A stretch of 64,000 bases of DNA from positions 1,988 to 65,987 of the forward strand of contig JAUCBJ010007727.1 of assembly GCA_032718475.1 (NCBI GenBank), in the 5' to 3' direction. Positions 1-12,700 of this stretch are shown one piece after another. Each line of letters begins with the position of its first letter. Position 1 is the first letter of the stretch. This DNA is from Nemertoderma westbladi. Lineage: Eukaryota; Animalia; Xenacoelomorpha. The position numbers and the translations under genes were made by a program. The notes below the pieces were generated by a model, which saw nothing but the letters and a program-made list of their open reading frames with translations, had not been told where the DNA came from and did no database searches.

Positions 1-855
1 ATAGAATACATTGCATTTTACTGTTATAATTACTGTATTGAATAAAATAATTAATTTATTGTTTATTAAACCGTGCTAAGCACGTTGAACTGGAGCTCTA
101 ACAATTCCCCACTAGCGGCAGACAGGAACTGTAAAAGTCTCTGTAGAATTTCTAATTAAGCAATGCTCTTAGGTAACTACTACTAAATTTCAGATGAATC
201 TGATCGTTGGTTCTATAATTACAGCTATTTTTACGTTTCTGTTAATTCGCCCCCTAGCGGCAGACAGGGGAACTGTAGAAGTCTGTCTGTGTGTAGAATT
301 TCAAAATTTTTTATAGACTACATGTGTACCAAGTTTGGTTCCATTTCATCCTTGATTGACTGACTTATAAGCGTTCAAACATTCCTGCCACAAACATAGC
401 CAGAGGCAGCCACAAACAAATAAAAGCTGCAGGAACTCTAGCGATAATTAATTAATTAATTATTAAATACTGTTTCAATTAAATTACTTACGAAAATCTA
501 GTCATCTTCTTTTAAATATGGACCCTGCATTCGTGGAAAATATAATATTTGATAATTCAGCAGTCAGCCTACGCTAATTTCACAGCAAAGTCCTTGTCAT
601 GGCCTGTGTGTAGTAGGCCATGGTACCACCCTACTACCGGTACCGGCTGACCGGTGGCAACTAGCACTTCAGCACTTGCACAGCAACAGCACTACCGGCG
701 ATACACAGGTTGGAATTTATGTAGAGTTTGCTCAACAGTACAGATATAAAATAGTTATCTAAATTATATATATTACTATTGACAAGTATTGAAATATATA
801 CCGTTATTCGTGTTATCAGTATTTGCAACATCTGACATTGAAGAGGTGAGAGAAG

Positions 856-1190
856 ATGAATACCGGCACTCAACAAAACCAACGCTTATCACAGGTCGGT
901 ATGGTTACCTCGAAACCGGCGCGACTGTCCACTCGAATACAACTTCAAAACACAAACGCCAACAATAAACTGAAAGCGAATCGAACGTCTTCAGAAGAAT
1001 CTGTCATTGGGACGAAGAAAAGGAAGCCGAAACCACGGGAATGGACCACAGCTAAGATTGAATGCTCCCATTGTCAGAGTTCCTGGACCGAAATTGAAAC
1101 ACCAATTGCCGATGGGCTTGATCTCTCAAACCAAAACTTCCTCTGCGGGGTTTGCGCGGCAGTAAAGATTGAAAGTCTGGAAGCTGGCAT
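856..1190 (+). pseudogene. Possible LINE ORF1 fragment with PHD-like Cys motif
   Basis: ORF 856-1314 contains CSHC...W...FLCGVC followed by a helical stretch. The frame runs into a Helentron-type repeat after ~1215. Family assignment is by resemblance only. Confidence 0.3.
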
Positions 1191-1214
1191 CCCTAGGTAT
1201 TATTATTATAAAGA

Positions 1215-1605
1215 GCGTCAGCCTGCGTTTAATAAATATATTTTAATACAAAACAGGTCGAACGCAAAGAGGCTTATAATGAAGACGAGTACTGCATTGA
1301 TTATATTCCTATAAACCACCTGGCTTTGCATATTGAACGTGCGTTTGGAAATAAGTTCGTGCTACCCTTCCGTGGGTGGTAGATGTCGCGGTTATGTATT
1401 GGTGGGTGGGGGGAGGGGGGGGGGGGGGTGCAGATTAAAAGGGGTGAACACGTACTGTCCCCCTTTCTTTGATTAATTGGTGGTGTGGGTTAATCTCTCA
1501 TAACCTGATTTTGTGATACAGTCGCACAATTTTAATTTGTATCTCATAACTGGGCCTCGTGCTGCGCGAAGGCCCCACGAACGTGTTCGTAGGACCTCGT
1601 TTAGT
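1215..1605 (+). mobile_element. 3' part of a Helentron-associated (HINE/DINE-1-like) repeat
   Basis: Close match to 48340-48707. Ends with subterminal GCCCCAC, hairpin ACGAAC-GT-GTTCGT and ...TAGTT. Confidence 0.55.
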
Positions 1606-2422
1606 TACGGGTTGTTTGTCTGTTTTGTTAAACTTGTTCTTATTATTAGGTCAATAAACACATACATACATAATAAATAATTATTTTTAAACCACCTTAT
1701 GTTATCGATCGACCCATATACCAAATATTATTTAATTCGGACATAGCCTTCCCTCCTGTTACCTTTGATTTTCATTGAATGTGTTGAAGTAGCGCTACCC
1801 CCCCCCCACCCCCCCACCCCCCCCCCCCCCCCTTAAAATTGAAAAATAAATTTACTTTTGTCTAATTTTAAAGATTTAATTTCGAACTCCAATGATATTA
1901 ATACAACTGTCGTTTAATTCATAATTAAAGCACCATATTTATACAGTACGTACTAATTGAACAATATATGCGTATAGTACATTATGTATCTTGCAACTAA
2001 ATTAATTTGTTTCATGTTATAACCATTTCTGCACAGGATAACGGTGGTACTAATATTATGGTAACACTAAAGAGATTTATATTAAATAAAAATAGGTAAT
2101 AATTATATTAGATAAAATATATTATTATTTTTAAGAAATTATTGATTTAATCAATTGATATATTGATTTAAATTATTGATTAAATAAAACCATTGCGCTC
2201 AAATTCGACTGTTCCTATGCGCTGAAATTAATCTCTCACTAGTTCAACTTGTGCACACAGTAGAAATGTTCCCACAAGATATGTGATTCCACGACCTATT
2301 AATACATTAAGGTAGTATAGTAGGAGCATATAAATTGCTAATAAGAAAGTAGACAGGGATTTGCTGCACGTACTTTACCTAAGAAACCTAAGTCTAAATT
2401 AGTGTAAACAATAATTATATTG

Positions 2423-2584
2423 TAAAATAATGTGCATACAGTTAACAGTATGCATGTTAACCAAAGTTATCAACTATAAAATAATGTGCATACAGTTAAC
2501 AGTATGCATGTTAACCAAAGTTATCAACTATAAAATAATGTGCATACAGTTAACAGTATGCATGTTAACCAAAGTTATCAACTA
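2423..2584. repeat. 54-bp tandem repeat, 3 copies
   Basis: TAAAATAATGTGCATACAGTTAACAGTATGCATGTTAACCAAAGTTATCAACTA starts at 2423, 2477 and 2531. Confidence 0.95.
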
Positions 2585-3139
2585 AATAAATAACTATTTA
2601 CGTCATTATGTGAAATATAGCATGGAGCGTCACGATCTGAGTGTATTTATGTACCGAGCGAGCAAAGCGAGTCGAAGGTTTACATAAATTAACAAGTGAA
2701 CGCAACGCCTTTTATATACTAACACTCGTCATTGTTCATAAAATAGCACTTTATAGCGTTACGGCACGAGTGATAACAAAAAATGACGAATCTAATTTTA
2801 TTTATTTGAGGGGAATTATTTGTAACTATGCACTTAAACTTTCTAGAACAACCTTGTAACAGGAAAGCATTACATGTTAATTATACACACTTTCAACTAG
2901 TACCAAATATCCTTAAATAAAGACAAGGAGGGATCAAATCAAAATTCATCCTTATCAGGGGCAAATCGACGCAAATAACCGATGATTACTCTCCTATATT
3001 GGACTGTAACCTGTGTTATTAACATTAGTGTATTATTTTGGTTATATTAACGTGCCACTGTAACTTGCTACTTTCCCTTAAATTGATATCTAACATTGAG
3101 ATCAGATATTGGTGAAACTGAGACCTGGTCTCAATCCTA

Positions 3140-4046
3140 GCTGAGTGCTGCAAGGTGACACATTGGCGCCATTACTATTTGTATTTGTACTGGATTATGC
3201 CTGAGGACGGCTACAAAGCATCTGGGATTCACACTACAACAACGCAGAAGTAGTAGATATCCGGCAACTACAGTCACAGACACCGACTTTGCGGATGACA
3301 TCGCCCTGCTCTCTAATACGCTAGCAGATGCACAGCTTCTACTAAATAAAGTGGAGAGGGCTGCTAAGGAGGTTGGATTGCATATAAATGCTACCGAGAC
3401 CGAATTCATGACCTTTAATGTTGATGGGAACTTGACAACCATTGATAATAATCAACTAAGGAAGGTCGTCGACTTCCAGTACCTTGGATCATGGATAGAG
3501 AGTAGCAAAAAGGACATAGAAGTTAGGAAAGCAAAGGCTTGGGTAGCTTTATCAAAAATGGATACCATCTGGAAATCAGATCTCTCCAGGCACCTGAAGA
3601 TTAAGTTCTTTCGAGCCACAATGGAAAGTGTATTTTTATATGGGGGTGAGACCTGGACACTGACGAAATCACTTGAACAACGAATTGATGGTTGCTACAC
3701 AAGACTACTAAGGGCAGTCCTAAACATCAGCTGGAGACAACACATGACAAACGCCGAGCTTTATGGTACAATACCACCTGTATCAACCACCCTCCGTGAA
3801 CGCAGATTAAGATTCAGTGGGCACTGCTGGCGAAGTAAAGACGAGGTCATACCAGATCTACTTTTCTGGCAACCAACTCATGGAAAGCGTAGTCGTGGAC
3901 GACCGGCCATAACATATATAGATCAACTTGAAAGGGATACTGAACTTGGGAGAAACGAAATTGCGACAACTATGGAGAATCGGGAAGCCTGGAAGGATCT
4001 CATTTCCACTGCCCGAGTTCGCTCGACCTAGTAGTAGTAGAAGTAG
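3140..4046 (+). mobile_element. 5'-truncated RTE-clade LINE (RT C-terminus) with (TAG)n tail
   Basis: DFADDIALL, FQYLGS, LYGGETWTLTK and RGRPAITYID motifs. ORF 3351-4031 stops at the first TAG of the tail. Confidence 0.92.
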
Positions 4047-4140
4047 TTCGTCCCGGATAGGCAATTTTTTTCAGAAGAATCACTTAGACTTGTCCATGAC
4101 TAAGTTATAAACGTTACAACTATTAACTAAACATTTTTAG

Positions 4141-4556
4141 TGCGTATAGCGCTGGTTCAACCCCCGGTGACGCGCTCCCATTTTTTCCACTTCTGAACAA
4201 ACCCACAATATTACACCTTTAATTACAGTTGCAACAGCTCATCTCCAATTTATTTAATTAATATCACCTGGCAGCAATACCGAGCTGAATATTTATTTAT
4301 TTGTACTTCCCTCCTGTTTCACTCTAGCATACTTGAGGCCGTTAGGTCCGCTGTTAGAGATAGAATATTTGCAACTTAAGACTGCCCGTTCAATAGAAGT
4401 GGATTAGGTGGGACTGCGAGTGTCAGGGGCTAGTGGCTGAGCTGGTTAGCGCTACTGATGAGGCCTGTTAGGCCGAAACGTGCGTATAGCGCTGGTTCAA
4501 CCCCCGGTGACGCGCTCCCATTTTTTCCACTTCTGAACAAACCCACAATATTACAC
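4141..4556 (+). mobile_element. Hammerhead-bearing retrozyme / Penelope-like non-autonomous unit (340-bp monomer plus ~78-bp repeat)
   Basis: Direct repeat 4140-4218 = 4480-4558. Flanked by CTAAACATTTTTAG (4127-4140) and CTAAACATATTTAG (4557-4570), a TSD with 1 mismatch. Contains a hammerhead core. Confidence 0.75.
4446..4495 (+). ncRNA. Minimal type I hammerhead ribozyme
   Basis: Stem I AGCGCTA/TAGCGCT, core CTGATGA, stem II GGCCT/AGGCC, GAAA, very short stem III, GTA cleavage triplet ending at 4486. Confidence 0.85.
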
Positions 4557-4762
4557 CTAAACATATTTAGACCGTCACCCTACAACAATTAATTAGTAGT
4601 CTGACAGTACCTACACTTAGTAATTAATCCACTCTTAGTTGCTATCTGGCTAATTACTTAATTATTAAATAATAATTAATAATCAGTCTCTAATTAACAG
4701 CCTGAACCGTATTACGATTGCACCAAAAAGTGTTTCTTATTGACATTTAAAACTAACTAACT

Positions 4763-5027
4763 TCAGAAATGGTCAACTAATATAGGATTATCTTTCAAAG
4801 TTTCATCGATATTCGATAAGTTAGTAAACGTGTCTGTTATGCGTCCAATATCGGACACATTCGATTTGGACTTGGTAGTTACTGCCTTTGATAGTTTACG
4901 CTTCCCATTGTTTAATGACCAATCATATTCGTTATAAATTATAGTTACTCCGCCCTCGTCTTCCCATTGGTCCAATAAAAATTTCAATCCGTAAAGTTTA
5001 TCTTCGCAAACGTAAGGTAAAACCCAC
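4763..5027 (-). CDS. DUF547-family protein, exon 6 (last coding exon)
   Basis: AG acceptor at 5029-5028, phase 2. Encodes WVLPYVCEDKLYGLKFLLDQWEDEGGVTIIYNEYDWSLN..., with the typical YDWSLN end motif. Stop at 4765-4763. Confidence 0.88.
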
Positions 5028-5469
5028 CTAAAATAAATACAAGAAGAATTTAAATATAAACCTCTAAATTCGTCTTTACATCACATACGCACCAAGTCAA
5101 AAGGAAATGTATTCAGTTCAGATAGTGTGGGGGGGGGGGGGGGGATTTTCTGGCACGAAGGAAGCACAACACAGCTAGAATTATCATTACGGGTTTTTAG
5201 GGGTCGTTGATATAATTACCGACGTCGATAACTCGAGAACTTAAAGAGATCTCGCCAAGTCGTTTTAGATTTGAAATCCTCCATAATTTATGCTCAAGGT
5301 GAAATCAAAAAAATAAAGTACGTAATTTAGAAAAAGTGTCATTTAAAAGTAGTAAAAAGTATTTCAATATTGGACATAAATAAACAGGCCCACCAATTTG
5401 CAATTTGGCAGAAAATGGACCATTACAAATAAATATGCTATTATTGAAACTAAAACTCTATTACCAACA

Positions 5470-5657
5470 TACTACTACTACTACTAGGTCGAGCGAACTC
5501 GGACAGTGGAACTGAGATCCTTCCAGGCTTCCCGATTCTCCAACTACTACTAGGTCGAGCGAACTCGGACAGTGGAAATGAGATCCTTCCAGGCTTCCCG
5601 ATTCTCCATAGTTGTCGCAATTTCGTTTCTCCCAAGTTCAGTATCCCTTTCAAGTTA
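5470..5657 (-). mobile_element. Short RTE 3' fragment with a duplicated 3' end and two (TAG)n tails
   Basis: Reverse-complement match to 3930-4040; the terminal ~65 bp and CTACTA tail occur twice. Confidence 0.85.
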
Positions 5658-5888
5658 CCAACATTACCAACATATGGTGTATAAATGGAACAGGAACATG
5701 AAATCAAGTTAATGTAGGTATATGGTAGGAATCACACATATAAAATATTGTAAATATAATGTTATGTAATTGTAAATATACGTGTAAAGTGCTATTAGTT
5801 GAGTTAAATTAAATTATCGTTGTAAAATTTAAAAAAAAAGTTTTAAAAGGGTGGTGCAATGTAATGAAATAAAAGAGAAAATATGTAT

Positions 5889-6592
5889 ATTTTTTTTTTT
5901 ATTAAAATAGATATCGATTCAGTTAAAAGTCGTTTAGGGCGTAAAGGAACAGGGAACGTTTAAATGTTGTTGAGAGAGTTGGGATGCCAGTACAACTGAG
6001 GCCGTGGTCCTTGTCTGTCGCCGGACCGTCGCAGAGACGGCAGATACATGTGGGCGTCGGTCTCCAGCACCCTTTGTTGCGGCATAGCTTGTGGTGCGAG
6101 CCGTTAGAAATGAATTGGGCTTCCGCACGGCGTCTGTAGCCGGTGAGTTCGAGGAGGGAGAGCTCGCCGTTCTCTGAAGGGTGATCGACCGCGTTTAGTA
6201 TTGCCGTGGTGGAGGCGTATTTACTTACCCCACACCACAGTTTCCAATAGAATGCTCGAACCGCTACGACGTGGTTCAGTGAGTCAGCATTCGATGGAAC
6301 TACGCCGAAGACCGCGCAGCCGTAGGTCGCCGCTGGTAGAATAACGAGCTTCCATAGACGCTGGGCTGTTGTCATGGAGATCAACTTGAAATTGACCTTA
6401 GTTGCCAATCGCATACAGGCTGATATCCCACGCTTGTGTAGGTGTTTGTAGTGACCTGTGGCGCAGTTCTTTGTCGTGAGGACAACCCCGAGGTACTCGA
6501 AGGAGTTGACGAACTCCAGGGGGGATCCATCGTATACTTGGACGTCGGTTCTGCAGAGGCGGCCACCACGGCGGAATTTCATCGCCTTCGTT
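5889..6592 (-). mobile_element. 5'-truncated non-LTR retrotransposon (ORF2 C-terminus with CCHC motif and poly-A tail)
   Basis: ORF 5923-6582: KFRRGG...LEFVNSFEYLG (RT end), ILPAATYGC, C-terminal CRLC-x8-H-x3-C. AATAAA plus A-run on minus strand at ~5889-5903. Clade not determined. Confidence 0.8.
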
Positions 6593-7802
6593 ATTATCCA
6601 TATTATCGTTATATATGTTATTATCCAATTTACATCAATAATAATAAATTACATTTGAAAAATAATTAAATATTATCCATTGTTATTTTATGTACCGGTA
6701 CTAAAATTATCCTAACATATCTTTTTTTTACAATTAACTTACGTGCCCAGTATAATTAATAGTTGAGACCTGTTTTTATTAATTAACCGGAAACCTACCC
6801 AGATAATTATTATGAAAAATACCGGAGACCAGAGCCGGAGATCAGAGACTTTGCTTATTTTTTAACTTACAATAATTTATTATAGCACAAACGTCGAACA
6901 GGTACGTATGAACTGAGAACGGAAAAACTGAGCGCAAATACAGTTTGGATTATTGTTGAAGTTACATTAAATTTGTTTTTGACTACATCTAGAAAATTTT
7001 TTAATTAAAAAAGGCGTACTTATTTTACAATTGTTCAAATAAATTACATTTCAATGTACTATTTAAATCTTTATCACTTATGAATAGTTGGTGCATAGGT
7101 GTTAGTAGTACTCTACTCGACTCCTTCACAAGCCTCGTTACCCTCGTTCTCATCATTTGTTCGACGTAATATATAGTAATTTTCAATACCCCGGAACCGG
7201 AGACCTATCCAGAGACCAACAAATTTCCCGATGAACCCAGAGATCACAGATCAGTAACAAGTCTCTGTTTCAAGCTTTCAACTCTAGTGTCCTCTTTACA
7301 TACAGATACAGGTTGTACAATGCAAAAACACCCGGAAGTCAAAATATTAATGGAAAGATAAAAATAATCACGTAGAAACATTTCCCACCCCCAATTGCGT
7401 TGGTTATAAACAAATTTTAAACCAACAATCTGAAGGCAAACACTAATTTGCGTTTTACTCAAATGACTTTTTGTGACTTGCGGTCTTTTTACATTGCACG
7501 GCAGAGTTCCGGTAACAGAACTATCACACTTCCACTGTTTCTCAGAGATTTCAACGGTTCCGTAGCTTTTTAGATCCTATTGCTGCTGTAGGAGATATAA
7601 TAATAGATGATTGGTGGTAATTTTTCGCCAACACGGAAATTATTTATTAATTTGGCTAGAAACACTATCAATTTTGACAAGCTTTTCCCTTTTCTAATGT
7701 ACTAAAATTATGTGTCATATTTTAGGGGGTTCTTTCCATTTCCCTTTCCGAGAAGCATACAACCCTTACCTGGGTTCGAACCCGCGGACTACCCGGACTT
7801 AC

Positions 7803-7981
7803 CTAACGACATCAAGCGGATTATTTCCGAAATCCAAACGGTACCAGTTGAATATTTTACTCAACCAAATCTTCCTGGTTGTCATATTAACGGCGACCCC
7901 ATCCAAACAGAAGCTTTTAGTTGCGCCATCTAGTGCCGCGTTAAGGTTACTAGCTCGGTACACACGTATAGCCGGACACGA
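7803..7981 (-). CDS. DUF547-family protein, exon 5
   Basis: TTTTGCAG acceptor and GTAAGT donor. Encodes SCPAIRVY...LSKIFNWYRLDFG, conserved in DUF547 proteins. Phases 0/2 fit neighbours. Confidence 0.92.
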
Positions 7982-8017
7982 CTGCAAAATATGAAAGTAG
8001 ATAACATATAGTCTACA

Positions 8018-8350
8018 GTACCTTGGCGTATTAGGTAAATCACATCTTATCATAGGTCGTGGGTTCGATCCCAGCACGCGGGCCAGTGCAGTTTTCGTTT
8101 CGGTACAAATGCTTTAAAGGAACTAGCTGTCTTATTTGCATCCTTAAATGGTAACTAAATGAGTACAAGTTTCCGCTGGGGAGTATAGTTCTGGGGGGGG
8201 GGGGGGGGCAATCGCAATGGAAATAAGTTATAGGACTTAATTGGCATAATCGCTGGCCTGATGGCTGAAGAAAACTGCTTTATTAATAAGTAGCGCCGTT
8301 CGAGTTCGGAATATTAAAACAAGAGCTATAAGCGAAATACTTATTTTTAA
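8018..8350 (+). mobile_element. Probable degenerate tRNA-derived SINE
   Basis: A-box-like TGGCGTATTAGG, B box GGTTCGATCCC, central GTAACTAAATGAGTAC block resembling SINE core domains, LINE-like AT-rich tail. Confidence 0.45.
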
Positions 8351-9271
8351 ATTGATGATATGTTGTAAGCGACTTCCCAGTATACTTATCAGAGGGTCTT
8401 AGTGAGGCGCCCCCGTTAAAATTCATTTATGATGGATCGTGACAATTCCCCACAGCAAACTTTATCTCCAGGGTTTTCCCAAGTTAGACATAGACAGTCT
8501 AAACAATATAACCGGATATTGAGGACCCCCCTCCCTCCCCCCCTCTGACTCGGACGTCCTTTATGGACGACCCATTTCCCAATAGGATCTCTCAATAGGA
8601 TTTCCAATCAATAAATATCAGATAACTTAATATGGTACAAATAAAGTGTAAGAATGATGTTGTAATCCATCTCTGTACTTGTTAAGATAATGCACACAAA
8701 TACATTAATGAAAATGCTGATAAAGTGTATTTTTAATTTTTTGCTCAAACAATTATTTGTAACTTCTCACATACAATATATAGACATAGATGTACCACGT
8801 CGATATTTCAACGCGCGAAAGGTTCTTTCCACCCGCTTCATTGTTGTGGGGCGAGCCACGAATTAAGGTGAGTCTTAGAGTAGGTGTATCATTAAATCAA
8901 CCTGTCGATCTGTTGGTGTGTCGAGTCCAATATTTAATCGTTAATAACTCGATTAATCTATCTCGATAACTAACCAAATTTGGTACACACGTTGTCTGGC
9001 AAAAGTTTTGGAATTTTCAAAGTAAAATTTACGTGTGGCCTTCGAGAAGCTAAGATAAAAACAGTTATTTAGGTAATAGGTTGATTTCGGTAAAAAACGG
9101 CATTTTCAGGGTGCCTTTCATGGAAATAAATTATTTTCAACTATAAAATTTAAATAATAGTACTTAAATAAAACTCATACAGCTTGAATCCCCATACCCC
9201 ATTCCTTAAAAGTTTATTAATTTAAGAAATGTGTTTTTAATTGATACTGTTGTTAATATTTGATTGCTTAG

Positions 9272-10194
9272 TAGTCGAGTCAATCTAGCAAAAAACCCGT
9301 AAGAAATTCGCAATCAACCAAAACCAAATTTTTTAGGTTCTATATTATCTTGTTATTGCCCAAAAAAAGTCTATAAAAATATATGTTGCGTAACACATTA
9401 AATTTCATGCAAACATATGACCTATTTTTGCAATACCCAAAAATTGCTCTTTTTTGATAATTGAGCTATTTGTTTGCTTTATATTATAACAAGTTGCTTG
9501 GTAACTGCTCTCTGCTCAATAGAACAATTTCCTATTGTTAGTGATGTACAGCAGCTAGCTACTTTTTAGACTAACTTGCTACAACCATTTTAATATTATG
9601 TAGCATTTTTAACCTTCAGTTCTGTTTATAAAATAATTTGCAGGTACTTTCAAAATTAAAATATATTCTAATCTTTTATGATGGCTTTACAATTTTACAA
9701 TATGGGTAGTTGGTGTGATTTAGGAAAAAATTGTAAAGCCATCACAAAAGATTAGGATATCTTTTAAAGTACCTTCAAATTATTTTATAAACAGCACTGA
9801 ACGGTCAAAAAAGTCGCATTGCTAATACAAACCCATAAAAAGTGTTTAAAGAAAAATACTACATAATATTAAAGTGGTTGTAGTGATTTGTCTATAAAAA
9901 GTAGTTAGCTGCTGTACATCACTAGCAATAGGAAATAGTTCTATTGAGCAGTTACCAAGCAACTTGTGTTATAATTAAGCAAACAAATAGCTCCATTATC
10001 AGAAAGAGCCAATTTTTGGTATTGCAAAAATAGGTCATATGTTTGCATGAAATTTAATGTGTTCCGCAACATATTTTTTTATAGACTTTTATTTGGGCAA
10101 TAACAAGATAATATAGAACCTAAAAAATTTGGTTTTGGTTGATTGCGAATTTCTTATGGGTTGACCCCCTTTTTTGGCTAGATTGACTGGACTA
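9272..10194. mobile_element. Foldback MITE with ~400-bp TIRs, Academ-like ends
   Basis: Starts TAGTCGAGTCAATCTAGC and ends GCTAGATTGACTGGACTA. 3-bp TSD TAG at 9269-9271 and 10195-10197. Arms are reverse-complementary over most of the length. Confidence 0.85.
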
Positions 10195-10352
10195 TAGGTT
10201 CACAGGTAAAAGACAGAATATTGTCAATAACATTACCACTAGAGAAGGTTTATATCCAAAATAGTTATTCCTCAAAATATTGGGCTGATTTTTTTATGGG
10301 ATTTCTGTGATATATTCTTAAAAATTATATTATTATTTTTGTATGTCCTTTT

Positions 10353-11724
10353 TAGGGATGTCCCGGAATTCCGGCGGTTTTTGCCCGATTCCGGTTCCGG
10401 CCGGAATTGTCGGAATGGGGTCAATTCCGGCCGGAATTTTACCGGAATTACAAGGTTCATATCTAGTTTAATAGCTGCAATTAGTTTGTTAAATTATTAT
10501 CAACATTTATATATTTTTTAAACAATATTACCAATTAGTTTAAGATAGTTTAAGATTTGTCGTTCTGAAGATATTTTATGAAATGCATCGTTAGGCCCGT
10601 GCTACACTGTTAAGTCGCTTAGTCAGAATGTCAAAATGAATGGCTCCTGGCTCCATTGGTAACATAAGTCATTTGTATAAGTCATAAAAATATGGTGCGA
10701 CTCACATTTACTGCATATTTATTATACCCAAAGTAACCAATCAGGGGCATCTTGCCGGATATTACACATGATTCATATGTCAAAAGATGGAACATGGGAC
10801 ATAATCACAGTCGTAACTTACGATTTACCATTGGAGACGCTAACATTGAAACCAATGTGTTCCATAATTTATTCTGACTAAGACTTTATAAGACTTACCA
10901 GTGGAGCACGGGCCTTAGCGGGTGGTTTTTCCAATTTGCTTATAAAATGGCGTTTTTTAGATTGATTTTACATTATTTTACATTGATCTTACATATTGTT
11001 GAATTATGTTTACATTGAATTTAAATTATTTTACATTGATTTTATATTATTTTACTTTGCATTAATTATTAAATAATATGATAATTACAGGAGGCTAAAT
11101 AAATTGCTAACCTTCTAAAAGTTAGCAATGAAACTCGATTAACGATTAACACAATTACAATTACTACTTTAACCTAAAACTAATATAAATATATAACGTT
11201 ATTAATACGTACAGGTCCTGAGAGTGGTCGTTAGTTTAGTCCTGCGTCGTAGGTGCTGCATAATATAGTAGTTTAATTTCTATTTACAGCAAATCCATTT
11301 CTTACCATAAATATAATTATTCCCAGCGATAATTAAACTGTAACATGTACTATTGGCCTCGTTTATTGTTTTGGTTCGAATAACATGTCACTGTAACATG
11401 CTCCTTTTCCTTAAAGACACCAGGATATTGCACCAAAGGACCTAATGACGCGATAGGCCGTAACAAACAGCTCAGGTCATTCTCCACTCCACCCACCTTA
11501 ATTCCCCCAAGGTTCTGATTCATCTCATTAACAAACTTACTGTAGAAATTAAAAAAATTCATTTGTTTCATAAAAAATTATAAAATTTCCTAGGTCATTT
11601 AGTGTATTTCACTAATTATAGAAAATTCCGGTTCCGGCCGGAATTCCGGCCGGAATATTCCGGCATGTTGAATTCCGGTTCCGGTTCCGGCCGGAATCAA
11701 AATATCGATTCCGGGACATCCCTA
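10353..11724. mobile_element. hAT-type MITE
   Basis: TIR TAGGGATGTCCCGGAAT / ATTCCGGGACATCCCTA, perfect 8-bp TSD GTCCTTTT (10345-10352, 11725-11732), subterminal CCGGAA arrays. Confidence 0.92.
10594..10914. mobile_element. PIF/Harbinger (Tourist-like) MITE nested in the hAT MITE
   Basis: TIR GGCCCGTGCTACACTG / CAGTGGAGCACGGGCC with TTA TSD on both sides. Confidence 0.85.
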
Positions 11725-12019
11725 GTCCTTTTAATTGTCTAAATTTTTACACCGAGGCATAACAGGATAAATTAACTTAATTACATTTCAATATCATTAT
11801 TATAATATCGTATATGATAATTTTTAATATTTCTGACGAATTGAGTCGCCCACAATCTTTAACTATATAACACAAATTCAATGTGAACACCTAAACCCTA
11901 CCTGCGGTCATCAATCTTGTAGATTAAAAAAAAAGGGGGGGGGGGCTGTTCCTATGTGGCAACTGTAATAAGTATAAGTAAGTTATTGCACATAATGTTT
12001 ACACAGGATACCCACTAAC

Positions 12020-12138
12020 CTTAGCTCCACACACCAAGGCAAAGTGAATGCGAGGGTCAAATCGACTGCAACTGTAAGCAAGCCGGGGGTCCGATGCAGA
12101 AAACGGTCGCTGGGAGGAGGACGGATGGTGGCGGTTAC
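12020..12138 (-). CDS. DUF547-family protein, exon 4
   Basis: TTTCCAG acceptor and GTTAGT donor. Encodes GNRHHPSSSQRPFSASDPRLAYSCSRFDPRIHFALVCGAK, including the DPRIHFALVC signature. Phases 1/0. Confidence 0.93.
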
Positions 12139-12277
12139 CTGGAAACAATGTAAACAAAGAGCTGTGTTAATTAATCTAGTACAGTAGTAATGATGGTTTA
12201 ACAAGTCGTCGAAGGTTAACGTAAGAAGCCGTAAGCAGGATTGATATCACGGGGGTTCCATAGATTGGCCGTACGGT

Positions 12278-12700
12278 AAGGGCCGTGCATAAATTATGTC
12301 ACGGTCGAAGGGGGTGGAGGGGGTTTGTAATTTTATGACATGGGGGGGAGGGGGGGGGGGGGGAGTAGCTATACTTGTGACGCCACAATAGCACTTTGGT
12401 GGCACAATAGTCGGTCGTGTACCTGGTCCACTTCAGGTGATCGATGTCGAAACTCAGATGTCGTCATTCCCATGGGAGTGAATATGTGGGGAGTCTTCCT
12501 TGTTTAGTCATTGTAAACAGCTGAATTAATGAGTATTAACATGTAATTTTAATAACATAATAATTTCAAATTTAACATTTTTTATTAACTATACAGGGTA
12601 TTTTTTGTGACGTGACGATAAAGGGGGGAGTTGGGTTACAAAATTCGTGACAGATTGTGACAGAGGGAGGATAGGGGGGGGGGGGGGGGGGGGGGGGGGT
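12278..12700. mobile_element. G-run-rich MITE fragment, probably Harbinger-type
   Basis: TAAGGGCCGTGCATAAAT start and internal TTTTGTGACGTGA / AAAATTCGTGACAGATTGTGA blocks are shared with 37390-37855. Confidence 0.5.

Larger units (their letters stand above)
8843..11830 (+). mobile_element. Helentron-associated repeat interrupted by nested MITEs
   Basis: 8843-9260, 10200-10320 and 11733-11800 are colinear with the copy at 47353-48230. Confidence 0.55.
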
